From an uncultured delta proteobacterium (lineage in GTDB: Bacteria; Desulfobacterota; Binatia; UBA9968), in NCBI GenBank assembly GCA_963745035.1, contig CAVUVW010000015.1, forward strand, positions 128,001 to 192,000: a DNA stretch of 64,000 nt, read 5' to 3'. This document shows, piece after piece, positions 20,913 to 31,278 of this stretch (the stretch's first letter is position 1; each line of letters starts with the position of its first letter). The notes beneath the pieces are model-generated. The model ran no database searches. It was not told the origin of the DNA and worked only from the letters and a program-made list of their open reading frames with translations. Made by a program: the position numbers and the translations under genes.

Positions 20913-21678
20913 GGCGACAGCTCTTCTTGGAAAAATAATTTTGCAGATAGTCGGTTAAATGGCGCGCCGCCAAAACATCGCTGCCGGCTGCCGCGATAAA
21001 GGGCTGAACTTCGATGTCCTCATCAATTTCAATTTTGAAATGCGACGCGCGCGCCGGTAGCCGCCACCATTTCACTCCCTTAGCGAGCATGGCTGGCGTG
21101 GATTGTATGAGCACCGGGGTGATGTTGCGTAAACCGCGCACCGCGATATTGGCCGCGCCCCGTTTAAGCGCAATCGAACCGTCGGCTGGTGTCCGCGTTC
21201 CTTCGGGGAAAATAATCAAATTGCTGCCGCTGCGCACCGCTGCAATACAGTCGTCAATCAGACGCGATCCGTCGTCGTCATTACGAATATAGGCTGCGGC
21301 GCGAATGGTTGCATGAGTAAACGGGTTGCGCCATAGGGCGCTTTTCACGATGCAATTTGCGCGCTTCACGAAGGCGATCAAAAACACGATGTCGATCAGA
21401 GTTGGATGATTGGCCAGGATCAGCAGTCCCTGTCGCTCCAACCGTTCCAACCCGTTAATTTCGTACTGGAAGACGCCCATCGCCCGCATCGATCGAACGA
21501 TGCCGCGAAACGTAAGCCCGATCAGATGACGAGCGATCACGGCGCGGCGGTCAGGTCGCCGTACCAAAACATTGAGTAACGGAAAAAGAATGACACCGCC
21601 TATTCCCACCGGCAGAAATCCCAAGCCCGTGCCGAACACGCGCCAATAGTTCTGGAGACTACGGAGACTACGCAGCAT
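20899..21678 (-). CDS. PlsC-like acyltransferase (ApeD-like)
   Basis: NHPTLID (HX4D) and FPEGTRT. Confidence 0.88.
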   Translation of the reverse strand: MLRSLRSLQNYWRVFGTGLGFLPVGIGGVILFPLLNVLVRRPDRRAVIARHLIGLTFRGIVRSMRAMGVFQYEINGLERLERQGLLILANHPTLIDIVFLIAFVKRANCIVKSALWRNPFTHATIRAAAYIRNDDDGSRLIDDCIAAVRSGSNLIIFPEGTRTPADGSIALKRGAANIAVRGLRNITPVLIQSTPAMLAKGVKWWRLPARASHFKIEIDEDIEVQPFIAAAGSDVLAARHLTDYLQNYFSKKSCRHAAV

Positions 21679-22411
21679 GATGCGTCCATCGCCAGCGGCG
21701 CTTGTTGCATCTGCGATCCAAAATGGCGTCACCGCGCAAATGGAAGCGCAGGATTTCCAACCCGCCGGATAAACGCTGCGCGCCGAGACTGGCAGTATCT
21801 TTGTCGGCGGACCAGCGTAGCGAATAAAAATCACCCTTCGCCGATCGCATTAACCATGCCCAGGCATAGGGCTGCTCGAAGCAATCCTGAAAATCGGCAT
21901 ATACCTCGGGCAACGGGCAGTCGTACACGACCAGTAGCACCTCGGGCGCTCCTTCGGCGATCAACCCGCACGCCTCGATCACCGCGTTTTCAACCGAACT
22001 CCTACCCGCCGCAAGGGCGGCGCTGTTGGCATGATCAGCCCGAGCAATCGAAAACAAGCCGGCAGGAGCATTGTGCACTGACAAACCGAACGATGTCGGC
22101 GAAAGGGGAGAGCCGCGGGTCAGATCCGACAGTAGTTCCGCGGAGCGCGTGGCCTCGCCATGACGCGAGCTAAACACGAGCGGAACGTTAGTCCGGTTTT
22201 CTAAACAGCGATAGGCGACTTCAATGGCCATCTTGGCGGCAAAGCCGGCACGGCGCCGTAACATCGGGGTCATATTTTTGACCGGCGGTTGGTTGCTTCC
22301 GCTGATCAAATATTCGTCCTTGGCCCATGCCAACCATGCATCATCCGTTTCTATGCCGGGCGCCCATGCGGCATAAGAATCAATCGAGAACTGAATTTTG
22401 TTGTTATTCAT
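21668..22411 (-). CDS. Beta-ketoacyl synthase chain-length factor (ApeC-like)
   Basis: PMLRRR, FSSRHGE, SPTSFGLSVHNA. Confidence 0.88.
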   Translation of the reverse strand: MNNNKIQFSIDSYAAWAPGIETDDAWLAWAKDEYLISGSNQPPVKNMTPMLRRRAGFAAKMAIEVAYRCLENRTNVPLVFSSRHGEATRSAELLSDLTRGSPLSPTSFGLSVHNAPAGLFSIARADHANSAALAAGRSSVENAVIEACGLIAEGAPEVLLVVYDCPLPEVYADFQDCFEQPYAWAWLMRSAKGDFYSLRWSADKDTASLGAQRLSGGLEILRFHLRGDAILDRRCNKRRWRWTHHAA

Positions 22412-22579
22412 GGTGACGTATCTGCTATAATCTGTCGTCGCTTATTTTAAACTAAACAAGAATAATCGACCAGCACATTCTATTTGCCCTTATCGTCAGA
22501 CTGAGTGCTGAACGACACTAGTTCATAAGTATCCGGAAGCCCCTCGTCAAATGTCCAGTAAACAGCGTAAAGCGCAACC

Positions 22580-23126
22580 ATGACGGCTAAACTGAACATT
22601 ACTATTTCCGATATTAATGGGCGCCATCCTCCTCTCGGGTTGTGCCGCAACCTACAATCATCAGGTCCTCAAAGAGGCAGAGGCAAAGCTCGAGAGAGGT
22701 AAGGGGGTATTTATTTCCACGCCAAAGAACGGGTGGTACGGGAAGACGGAATATAAAAATTCTGGAAAGATGACGGCGAATGCAATTAAAGCTGCATTCT
22801 CCAAACTTTCCAATAACGTGTTTATATCAGACGCGTGTACGGGATTGGAATGTTTACGTATCGTGCCGTCGGAAGTTTACGCGTACTACGTAGAACCAGA
22901 AATCTTACATTGGGAGGACAGAGCGACCGAGTGGTCTGGAATACCGGACAAAATAGAAATAAAAATCTCTATCTACGACTCAAGGCTCAACGCAGTTACT
23001 GCGGTGGTCATAAGTGGAAGAAGCAAGTGGGGAACCTTTGGTGGCGATCATCCTCAAGATTTATTGCACGAGCCAGTCAATAGCTACGTGCAGGGTCTCT
23101 ACCACTGCAGAAGCGGTTCACCTTGA
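22580..23126 (+). CDS. DUF4823-like lipoprotein (low GC; frameshift near the start)
   Basis: Lipobox LLSGC; ILHWEDRATEWSG and GGDHPQDLL motifs; family recognised from memory. Confidence 0.65.
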
Positions 23127-23159
23127 CGGAGTAGACCAACTGGACAGCTAAGTCATCCG

Positions 23160-23531
23160 TCATTCGCCGTAATCTCGCACAACCTGGGATGGTCGAACGA
23201 TCCAAGACCCAGTGCACGAGCGGCGTGCGGTTTCGCCGATATCTCTGCCATTGGTTCCTCCATCGTAGTGACCTTCGACCCCAAAGGTCGCGGTGTAAGC
23301 TACCGCGGCAGACGCCTGGGTTCCAACGCACGTGACTGTTTTAGTCACCAAGTGGATCGGAGTAAAAACTATACTTCCGAGTATATGAAAGAAATTAGGT
23401 CTTCTCGGCGGACTAACGGAGTACGTACCTGTTTCCTGAATAGCCTCTTCCGCAATGCTAAAGCTCGCCGAACCCAGTAAGCTAGACAACATAAGAATGC
23501 CGCTTATAACCAACGAGAACGACTGTTTCAT
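23160..23531 (-). CDS. Hypothetical exported protein
   Basis: 123 aa with signal peptide, upstream purine-rich RBS (AAGGGGG) and two Cys. Confidence 0.55.
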   Translation of the reverse strand: MKQSFSLVISGILMLSSLLGSASFSIAEEAIQETGTYSVSPPRRPNFFHILGSIVFTPIHLVTKTVTCVGTQASAAVAYTATFGVEGHYDGGTNGRDIGETARRSCTGSWIVRPSQVVRDYGE

Positions 23532-23795
23532 CTAAAGATACCCCCTTCTTCTATTTTGACTGGCAATTTGACCCTCTCGCCGTCGAGAAGTCAAGCCCAA
23601 AGCCTTGATTGAGTAGACGTGTTTGATTCTCACGCCGATCTGGTACGCCAGCCGCGCGGCCACACCGCGAAATCGTGTGGCGCCTTGACCTTCGCGGGCG
23701 CGTGCCGATTTGTCTCCAGGAAAGGTGCTATCGTCCCATTAATTGACCGGGTACTCCATCACTTGCGGGTTTCGGCTGGCGCGCGCTGGGCTGCA

Positions 23796-24210
23796 TCAGA
23801 AAAGCGGATATAGAGAAAATGCACTAGGGCAGTGCTCTGAGTAAGAATAATGGGAATACCGAAAACTAATAAAGCCGAGACCATCGCAATCATCACCATT
23901 CGCCGCAGCGGTCAACATGTTGTCCTGCAGCAGGGCAGCGGCGGAATCGTGGTAAAAGAGGAGATGCCGATGATATTCATCAAAATTGCTTGCGCGCGTC
24001 ATCATCTTGGACGCGGCGTTCGACCGAGAAGTCCAGCCAGGGGAAGTTTTCTGGATGTTGAGCAGATACAAAAGTATCTGGACAACCAGCCCGAAGGGAA
24101 GGACTATTAGTCAATAGAAATACAGTGAGCAAAAGTCGTGCTTGAAAATCGCCGATCTCCTTCGCGATAACAAGACAACATTGCCACAGCCTTTTGCGTA
24201 GCGAGCTCAA
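23796..24210 (-). pseudogene. Relic of SxtJ-like membrane protein + carbamoyltransferase N-terminus + DUF5989/SxtK-like C-terminus
   Basis: Across frames: KRLWQCCLVIAKEIGDFQARLLLTVF...LIVLPFGLVV...ARKQF*, then MNIIGIS-FYHDSAAALLQDNMLTAAA joined directly to ...ALLVFGIPIILTQSTALVHFLY-PLF*. Confidence 0.65.
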
Positions 24211-24245
24211 CTACTACTTGGTGGCACCCGACGCGGTCGCGCCTC

Positions 24246-24977
24246 TCAGGCATGACGCTTTACGGCCGCCAGCGCATCGGGAAGCGAGAAAGCCCCGGCA
24301 TAGAGCGCCCGGCCGACGATCACGGCCTCGACGCCGTCTTTCTCCAGCGGCAGCAGATTTCGAATATCCTCGAGGCTGGAGACGCCGCCGGAGGCGATCA
24401 GCGGGATATTGACCGCGCGGGCGATTTTTCGCGTTTCGTCGAGATTGATTCCTTCGCGGGTGCCGTCGCGGCCGATGTCGGTGTAGATAATTCGCGACGC
24501 GCCGTCGCTCGCGCAGCGTTGGGCGAGCTCGACGGCGTCCATGGACGTCGTTTCGAGCCAGCCTTTGACCGCGACTTTGCCGGCGCGCGCATCGATAGCG
24601 ACAACGATCTTGCCGGGAAATTTTTTGCAGAGCGCGCGGAGAAACTCCGGATTGTCATAGGCGGCGGTGCCGATCACCACACGCGAGACGCCAAGATCGA
24701 GCGCCGCCTCGACCGCTTCCGTGGAGCGCAAACCGCCGCCGAGCTCGACGGCCAACCCGGGCTCCCGAGAGATCGCGGCGATTTCGCGGGTGTGCACCGG
24801 CCGGCCCTCGACCGCGCCGTTCAAATCGACGATGTGAATGAGACCGGCGCCTTCGGCGCGCCAGTGGCGCGCCGCGTCGAGTGGCCTGTCGAAGTAGACG
24901 GTTTCCCTATTCATGTCGCCCTGAAACAGGCGGACGCAGCGCCCGTCTTTGAGATCGATGGCGGGAAGGATGAGCAT
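24246..24977 (-). CDS. hisA: ProFAR isomerase HisA
   Basis: MLILPAIDLKDGRCVRLFQG, HIVDLNGA, GGGLR, YTDIGRDG, IASGG. Confidence 0.95.
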   Translation of the reverse strand: MLILPAIDLKDGRCVRLFQGDMNRETVYFDRPLDAARHWRAEGAGLIHIVDLNGAVEGRPVHTREIAAISREPGLAVELGGGLRSTEAVEAALDLGVSRVVIGTAAYDNPEFLRALCKKFPGKIVVAIDARAGKVAVKGWLETTSMDAVELAQRCASDGASRIIYTDIGRDGTREGINLDETRKIARAVNIPLIASGGVSSLEDIRNLLPLEKDGVEAVIVGRALYAGAFSLPDALAAVKRHA

Positions 24978-24981
24978 GAAA

Positions 24982-25599
24982 TCAGCGCGAGTCGGCGAAG
25001 CGGCCGAAGTTGGCGAGGATGCGCAGCCCCAATTCCTGGCTTTTCTCGGGATGAAATTGACACGCGAAAAGGGTGTCCGTAGCGATGCTCGAAACGAAAG
25101 CGTCACCGTAGTCGGTGGTCGTGGCGACGATCGAGGGATCGTCGGGCGCGACGTAAAAGGAATGCACGAAATAGACGTACGCGCCGCTTGAAAGCCCTTC
25201 GAGAAACGGCGAATCGAGTTTTTTCTCCAGGCGATTCCAGCCCATGTGGGGAATTTTTAGATTCTCGCCCGGACAGAATCCTTTGACCTTGCCGGAAAAC
25301 AAATCGAGTCCCCGCTGCCGGCCGAATTCTTCGCTCTCGGAAAAGAGCAATTGAAAGCCGAGGCAAATGCCTAAAAACGGCCGCTTGCGCCGCACCACTT
25401 CGCGAATCGGCTCGACCAGACCAAACTTGGCGAGGTTTTCCATGCAGGCGCTGAACGCGCCGACGCCGGGCAGCACGACGCCGCGGGCGGCTTGGATCTG
25501 CGCGATATCACGGGTGACGACCGCTTCCCGGCCGGTCCGCTCCAGCGCCTTCTGCACGCTGCGCAAATTGCCCATCCCGTAATCGACGATCGCGATCAT
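24982..25599 (-). CDS. hisH: Imidazole glycerol phosphate synthase subunit HisH
   Basis: DYGMGNLRSV, PGVGAF, GICLG, QFHPEKS. Confidence 0.95.
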   Translation of the reverse strand: MIAIVDYGMGNLRSVQKALERTGREAVVTRDIAQIQAARGVVLPGVGAFSACMENLAKFGLVEPIREVVRRKRPFLGICLGFQLLFSESEEFGRQRGLDLFSGKVKGFCPGENLKIPHMGWNRLEKKLDSPFLEGLSSGAYVYFVHSFYVAPDDPSIVATTTDYGDAFVSSIATDTLFACQFHPEKSQELGLRILANFGRFADSR

Positions 25600-25608
25600 A
25601 TCTTAGTC

Positions 25609-25653
25609 TTAAACGACTTGAACTGCTTGAACGTCTTGAACGATTTGACCGTA
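25609..25653. repeat. Nonamer tandem repeat (TTGAACNNY) x5
   Basis: ttaaacgac ttgaactgc ttgaacgtc ttgaacgat ttgaccgta fills the hisB-hisH spacer. Confidence 0.75.
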
Positions 25654-25657
25654 AGCT

Positions 25658-26245
25658 TCAGAGACTCCCCTTGGTCGACAACGCGCCTTCAACGCGCGGA
25701 TCGACTTGCGTCGCCATGTCCATGGCGCGGGCGAAAGCCTTGAAGCAGGCTTCGATGATGTGGTGCGGGTTTTCTCCCTTCGGCACGTCGATGTGCAGGT
25801 TCATGCCGAGTTGATTGGCGAAGGCGGCGAAAAATTCATGCGGCAGGTCGGTGTCGAAATCGCCGACCCGTCCCGGCCGAATCTGCACGTTGTACGAAAG
25901 ATAGGGCCGCCCGCTGAGATCGACGACGACTTTCGCCAACGCCTCGTCCAGCGGGCAACTGGCTTCGCCGAAGCGGCGGATGCCGTGTTTCTCGCCGAGG
26001 GCGTCCTTGAACGCCTGTCCCAGAGCCAAGCCGACGTCTTCCACCGTGTGGTGATAATCGACTTCGAGATCGCCCTTCGCTTGGATGTCGACATTGAAAA
26101 AACCGTGGCGGCTGAAGCTGTCGAGCATGTGGTTGAAAAACGGCATGCCGGTCTCGACCGCGGCTTGTCCCTTGCCGTCGAGATCGAGCTTGACAGTAAT
26201 ATCGGTCTCTTTGGTTTTTCGCGCTACTTTAGCCGATCGTCCCAT
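25658..26245 (-). CDS. hisB: Imidazoleglycerol-phosphate dehydratase
   Basis: RKTKETDI, DYHHTVEDVG, GENPHHIIEACFKA, STKG. Confidence 0.95.
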   Translation of the reverse strand: MGRSAKVARKTKETDITVKLDLDGKGQAAVETGMPFFNHMLDSFSRHGFFNVDIQAKGDLEVDYHHTVEDVGLALGQAFKDALGEKHGIRRFGEASCPLDEALAKVVVDLSGRPYLSYNVQIRPGRVGDFDTDLPHEFFAAFANQLGMNLHIDVPKGENPHHIIEACFKAFARAMDMATQVDPRVEGALSTKGSL

Positions 26246-26309
26246 GATTTTCCCTCGCTTCATTCCTGCCCGCGCCGAGCTTTTGCGCGCCGCAATCGCT
26301 CCTTGGAAG

Positions 26310-27605
26310 TCATCTGCCGTTTCTGAATCGCGCCTCTACCGAGCGCGCGTGTTCATCCAGGCCTTCGAGGCGCGCCAGTTGGGTGAGCTTGGGCGCCAAA
26401 CTGCGCAGCGCCCGTTTTTCCGCGTGGATGACGGTGGTGCGCTTTAAAAAATCGTAAGTGCCGAGCGGCGAAAAAAAGCGCGCGCTGCCGCCCGTCGGCA
26501 AAACGTGATTGGGGCCAGCGAGATAATCGCCGAGCGGCGGCGGCGAATAGGGCCCGAGAAACATCGCCCCGGCGTTGCGAATGCGCTTCGCCATCCGCTC
26601 CGGTCGCCGGACGATCAACTCGATATGCTCCGGCGCAATCGTATTTGCGAGATCGACCATCTCCGTCGCGCCGCGCGCGACGATGATCGCGCCGTACTTT
26701 GCCAGTGACTTCAAAGTGATCGCGCGCCGCCGGGTGCCGCGCAGCTGCGCTTCGACGGCGCGCTGAATTCTTGCCGCGACCGCCGACGACGTGGTCACGC
26801 ACAGCGCCGCCGCCAGCTCATCGTGCTCGGCCTGCGAAAGCATGTCGGCGGCGACGTGCAGCGGATCGGCCGAATCGTCGGCCAGCAGCAGAATCTCGCT
26901 CGGTCCGGCGATGGAGTCGATGTTCACTTCGCCGAACACCATGCGCTTGGCGGTGGCGACAAAGATATTTCCCGGTCCGACGATCTTGTCCACTTTGGGA
27001 ATCGTGTTCGTGCCGAAAGCGAGAGCGGCGACCGCTTGGGCGCCGCCGACGCGAAAGATGCGGTCTACGCCGGCGATGTGCGCCGCGGCGAGAATGATCG
27101 CGCCGTTTACGCCGATCGGTGAAGTCATGACGATTTCCTTCACGCCGGCGACCTTGGCGGGAATCGCGTTCATCAGAACCGTCGACGGATACGACGCCTT
27201 GCCGCCGGGAACGTAAATCCCGACTCGCTCGAGCGGCGTGATGCGTTGGCCGAGCATCATGCCGAGCGGATCGCGATAGCGCCAACTGGCTTGCCGCTGG
27301 CGGCGGTGAAAGGCCGCGATCCGCTTGGCGGCAAGGCGCAACGTGGTCAGGTCTTTGCGCGCCACTTGGCGCATCGCCCGCTCGACCTCGGCGGGCTGCA
27401 CTTCGACCGCCGCCGGGGTGAGCCGGACGCCGTCGAACATGGCGGTGTAGCGCAGCAGCGCGCGGTCGCCTTGTTTTTGCACGGCGGCGACGATTGCCGA
27501 CACGCGCCGCTCCACCGCGCCGTCGCGGACGCCGCGCCGCTCGAGAATCTTTCTGAGCAGCGGCTTGAAGCCGGGGTCGGAAGTTTTGACCAATCTGATC
27601 GCCAT
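26310..27605 (-). CDS. hisD: Histidinol dehydrogenase
   Basis: YVPGGKASYPS, GPGNIFV, AGPSE, SQAEHD, APEH, GPNHVLPT. Confidence 0.95.
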   Translation of the reverse strand: MAIRLVKTSDPGFKPLLRKILERRGVRDGAVERRVSAIVAAVQKQGDRALLRYTAMFDGVRLTPAAVEVQPAEVERAMRQVARKDLTTLRLAAKRIAAFHRRQRQASWRYRDPLGMMLGQRITPLERVGIYVPGGKASYPSTVLMNAIPAKVAGVKEIVMTSPIGVNGAIILAAAHIAGVDRIFRVGGAQAVAALAFGTNTIPKVDKIVGPGNIFVATAKRMVFGEVNIDSIAGPSEILLLADDSADPLHVAADMLSQAEHDELAAALCVTTSSAVAARIQRAVEAQLRGTRRRAITLKSLAKYGAIIVARGATEMVDLANTIAPEHIELIVRRPERMAKRIRNAGAMFLGPYSPPPLGDYLAGPNHVLPTGGSARFFSPLGTYDFLKRTTVIHAEKRALRSLAPKLTQLARLEGLDEHARSVEARFRNGR

Positions 27606-27670
27606 TCGTGATTGCTCGCCTGAATCCCTGGTTTTCTACCTTGAACTTTTGGACCGAACCTCGAACGATC

Positions 27671-28939
27671 TCACGCTTTCACGCGCACGATCTGCGCGCC
27701 CAAAAGGGAAAGCTTCCGCTCGATCTGCTCATAGCCCCGGTCCAGATGATAAACGCGCGATACTTCGGTCGTGCCGTTGGCCACAAGCCCGGCGAGCACA
27801 AGCGCCACGCTCGCGCGCAGGTCGCTGGCCATGACCGGCGCTCCCGACAACTGCTCCGCACCGCGCACCACGGCGCGATTGCCCTCGAGCTTGATCTGCG
27901 CGCCCATGCGGTCGAGCTCCTGGACATGCATGAAACGGTTCTCGAAGATCGTCTCGGTGATCACGCTCACGCCGTCGGCAATTGCCATCAGCACCATCAT
28001 CTGGGCCTGCAGGTCGGTGGGAAACCCGGGATACGGCAACGTCGTAACGTCGACGCTCTTGATCTTGCCGTTGCGTCGCACGCGGATGCCGTCGGCGTCG
28101 TCCGTGAGAACCACGCCGGCCTCTTTGAGCTTGATCAAGAACGCTTCGAGATGATCCGTTCGCGCGCCGCGCACCAGCACGTCTCCGCCCGATAACGCCG
28201 CCGCGATCACGAAGCTTCCCGCTTCGATGCGGTCGGGAATGATCCGGTGCGTCGTTCCGCGCAACGCGTCGACGCCGTCGATCTGCACGATATCGCCGCC
28301 GGCGCCTTGCACGCGCGCGCCCATTTCGTTGAGCGCCGCGGCGAGATCGCAGATCTCGGGCTCCTTCGCGGCATTCTCGATCACCGTGGTGCCTTCGGCG
28401 AGGGTCGCCGCCATGATGAGATTCTCGGTGGCGCCGACCGACGGCAAATCGAGATAAATCTTCGCGCCGCGCAGCCGCTTCGCCGTCGCCTCCACGTAGC
28501 CGTGGCTTTGCTCGATCGCCGCGCCCATCGCTTCGAGGCCTTTCAGGTGCAGATTGATCGGCCGGGCACCGATGGCGCAGCCGCCGGGAGTCGAGACCCG
28601 CGCGCGCCCAAAGCGCGCCAGCAAAGGACCCAAAACTAAAAACGACGCCCGCATGGTTTTCACCAGATCGTAGGGCGCCTCGAACTTGCCGATGGTGTCG
28701 GCGCGCAAACTGACCTCGTCCGCGCCATCGCGCCAGCGCTGCTGGTCGACCTTTACCCCGAGGCCCGCGAGCAGCTTGAGGGTGGTCTGAATGTCGGCAA
28801 GGTGCGGCACCGACCGATAGACACAGGACTCGCGCGTCAGCAGCGAAGCGATCAAAATCGGCAAAGCGGCGTTCTTCGCGCCGCTCACGCTGACTTCGCC
28901 GGCAAGACTCTTGCCGCCTTGGATGATGATCTTGTCCAC
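27671..28939 (-). CDS. murA: UDP-GlcNAc 1-carboxyvinyltransferase
   Basis: [36 protein letters not shown]. Confidence 0.97.
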   Translation of the reverse strand: MDKIIIQGGKSLAGEVSVSGAKNAALPILIASLLTRESCVYRSVPHLADIQTTLKLLAGLGVKVDQQRWRDGADEVSLRADTIGKFEAPYDLVKTMRASFLVLGPLLARFGRARVSTPGGCAIGARPINLHLKGLEAMGAAIEQSHGYVEATAKRLRGAKIYLDLPSVGATENLIMAATLAEGTTVIENAAKEPEICDLAAALNEMGARVQGAGGDIVQIDGVDALRGTTHRIIPDRIEAGSFVIAAALSGGDVLVRGARTDHLEAFLIKLKEAGVVLTDDADGIRVRRNGKIKSVDVTTLPYPGFPTDLQAQMMVLMAIADGVSVITETIFENRFMHVQELDRMGAQIKLEGNRAVVRGAEQLSGAPVMASDLRASVALVLAGLVANGTTEVSRVYHLDRGYEQIERKLSLLGAQIVRVKA

Positions 28940-28944
28940 GAGCG

Positions 28945-29853
28945 TTACTGCGCGCCGGCGATTTTGCGCGCGGTAACGGCGCGCTGACGGCCGGCGTAAT
29001 CCCTATAAATGGAAATTCGGCGCCAACCGCCGGCGGCTTGAAAAAGTCGCTCTACGATCTCGCCGGTCCCGGCGCCGATCTCGACCAGCAGCGCGCCGCC
29101 GGGCGCCAAGTAATCGCAAGCCCGCGCCGCGAGCAGCCGGTAAAAGTCGAGGCCGTCGGCGCCACCGTCCAACGCCGCGCGCGGCTCCCACCGCCTCACT
29201 TCGGGTTGGAGCGCGGCGATGTCGGCGCTACGGACGTACGGCGGATTCGACACGATGAAGTCGTAGCATGCGCGCCCCGGCACGGCGTCAAAAAGATCGC
29301 CTTCGACAAAGCGAATTCTTTTGCCGACGTGGTTGCGCTCGGCGTTCTCCTGGGCCAGCGCCAGCGCTCTGGTCGAAACGTCGGTGGCGAGAACTTCCGC
29401 GTTTTTGAGCTCGCTCGCCAACGCCACCGCGATCGCGCCGCTGCCGGTGCCGAGGTCGAGGATTCGAAGCAGCGCGCCTGAACCGCGCCGCCGCGCCAGC
29501 TCCAGCGCAATCTCGACCAGCAGCTCGGTCTCCGGCCGGGGAATCAACACGTCGGGGTTTACATGAAAAACGAGCGACCAGAATTCGCGCGCGCCGGTGA
29601 TATACGCCGTCGGCTCGCGCTCGAGACGGCGCAGCAGCAGCCGTTCATAAATTCTCGCCTGCCGGTCGTCGACCGGCTCGTCGGCGCAGGCGATCACCTG
29701 CTCGCGACCAACGCCGAGCGCATGGCCGAGCAAAACCTCAGCATCACGCGCGCCGCTCTCGATGCCCGCGGCGCTCAAGCGCTGCGCCGCTTGGCGTAGG
29801 AGCACGCCGCCGCGCCGCGCGGCATCATTCGCCGCGGCTGTCAGATTTTCCAT
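28945..29853 (-). CDS. prmC: Release factor glutamine methyltransferase
   Basis: [21 protein letters not shown]; follows prfA. Confidence 0.93.
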   Translation of the reverse strand: MENLTAAANDAARRGGVLLRQAAQRLSAAGIESGARDAEVLLGHALGVGREQVIACADEPVDDRQARIYERLLLRRLEREPTAYITGAREFWSLVFHVNPDVLIPRPETELLVEIALELARRRGSGALLRILDLGTGSGAIAVALASELKNAEVLATDVSTRALALAQENAERNHVGKRIRFVEGDLFDAVPGRACYDFIVSNPPYVRSADIAALQPEVRRWEPRAALDGGADGLDFYRLLAARACDYLAPGGALLVEIGAGTGEIVERLFQAAGGWRRISIYRDYAGRQRAVTARKIAGAQ

Positions 29854-30928
29854 TGTGTTCCGCCGAGCCGGTCGCCTTGAGCACCTCCGCCTGATGGTAG
29901 GTGATCAGCGCGTCGACGACTTCGTCGAGCTCCCCTTCCATGACCCGCTCGAGCTTGTAAAGCGTAAAATTGATCCGATGGTCGGTCAGCCGCCCCTGGG
30001 GGAAATTATACGTGCGAATGCGTTCGCTGCGGTCGCCGCTCCCAACCATCAACTTGCGCGTGGCGGCGATCTCCGAGCGCTGCTCCTCCTGCTTGCGTTC
30101 GAGCAGGCGCGCGCGCAGAATTTTCATGCCCTTGGCGCGGTTTTTGTGCTGTGACTTCTCGTCCTGGCAGGAGATAACGATGCCGGTCGGAATATGGGTG
30201 ATGCGCACAGCCGAGTCCGTCGTATTGACGCTTTGACCCCCGGGTCCCGAGGAGCGAAAGACGTCGATACGGATCTCTTTCGGATCAATGGCGATCTCCA
30301 CCTCGTCCGCTTCGGCTAGCACCGCCACCGTGACTGCAGAGGTGTGAATGCGGCCGGAGCCTTCGGTCACGGGAACGCGTTGCACGCGGTGCACGCCGCC
30401 TTCGAACTTGAGCCGCGAATAGGCGCCCTGGCCCTCGATGCTCATGATGATTTCTTTATAGCCCCCCAAGCCGGTGGGATTGGAGCTCATCATCTCGACG
30501 CGCCAGCGGCGTGACTCGGCGTAGCGGGTATACATGCGGAACAGCTCGGCCGCGAACAGCGCGGCTTCGTCGCCGCCCGTGCCGGCGCGGATTTCGACGA
30601 TGACGTTTTTCGCGTCGTTGGGATCTTTCGGGAGAATCAGCAGCTTGAGCCGCTCTTCGAGGACGGCTTTGCGCTCGCGCAGGGACACGAGCTCTTCCTT
30701 GGCGAGCTCACGGATCGCTTCGTCGGCCTCTTCGAGGAGCTGGCGATTGTCGTGGATCTCCTGCTCCACTTTGCGCCAGTCGCGAAAGCAGCCGACGATC
30801 TCCTCCAGCTCGGCGCGTTCCTTGGCAAGCTTGGAGTATTCCCTTTGCTGGCCGAGGAGCTGGGGATCAGACATCATCTGCTCCAGTTCCACGTAGCGCT
30901 TTTCGACTTCAGCTAGTTTATCAAGCAT
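29825..30928 (-). CDS. prfA: Peptide chain release factor 1
   Basis: PVT anticodon motif, [12 protein letters not shown]. Confidence 0.97.
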   Translation of the reverse strand: MLDKLAEVEKRYVELEQMMSDPQLLGQQREYSKLAKERAELEEIVGCFRDWRKVEQEIHDNRQLLEEADEAIRELAKEELVSLRERKAVLEERLKLLILPKDPNDAKNVIVEIRAGTGGDEAALFAAELFRMYTRYAESRRWRVEMMSSNPTGLGGYKEIIMSIEGQGAYSRLKFEGGVHRVQRVPVTEGSGRIHTSAVTVAVLAEADEVEIAIDPKEIRIDVFRSSGPGGQSVNTTDSAVRITHIPTGIVISCQDEKSQHKNRAKGMKILRARLLERKQEEQRSEIAATRKLMVGSGDRSERIRTYNFPQGRLTDHRINFTLYKLERVMEGELDEVVDALITYHQAEVLKATGSAEHNGKSDSRGE

Positions 30929-30964
30929 GGCGAGCCCGCCGTCCGAAAAACACCCGGCGCAAAT

Positions 30965-31004
30965 AAAAAAAGGGCAAAGGGATGACTGCTGCCCTTTGCC
31001 CTTT
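30965..31004 (-). terminator. Intrinsic terminator after rpmE
   Basis: Stem GGGCAAAGGG/CCCTTTGCCC followed by a U-tract on the minus strand. Confidence 0.7.
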
Positions 31005-31039
31005 CCGTTGCCGCAAAAGCTAGTGACTCACATTCAGCC

Positions 31040-31255
31040 TCAGGCCTCCGCTGAGTTCTTCAGCCCGTACTTCTTTCTGAACTTCTCGACGCGGCCGGCG
31101 GAGTCAACGAATTTCTGCTTGCCGGTAAAAAAGGGATGGCAGTTGGAGCAAATTTCGACGTGGATGCTGCCCGCCGTCGAGCGCGTTTCCACGGTGTGGC
31201 CGCAGGCGCATACAATCGTCGTGTTTTTGTATTCCGGATGGATGCCAGCTTTCAT
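31040..31255 (-). CDS. rpmE: 50S ribosomal protein L31 (Zn-binding type)
   Basis: [23 protein letters not shown]. Confidence 0.97.
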   Translation of the reverse strand: MKAGIHPEYKNTTIVCACGHTVETRSTAGSIHVEICSNCHPFFTGKQKFVDSAGRVEKFRKKYGLKNSAEA

Positions 31256-31278
31256 AAATTCCTCTCAAACGAGCAGTT

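Noticed and set aside
23850-24110. 86-aa plus-strand ORF
   Set aside because: Antisense to the recognisable sxtJ-like/carbamoyltransferase relic; no motif support.
23796-24210. Saxitoxin biosynthesis
   Set aside because: sxtI/J/K-like trios are widespread outside toxin clusters, and no sxtA or other sxt genes are present.
25609-25653. Short repeat arrays as CRISPR
   Set aside because: Units are 7-9 nt with no spacers, and there are no cas genes.
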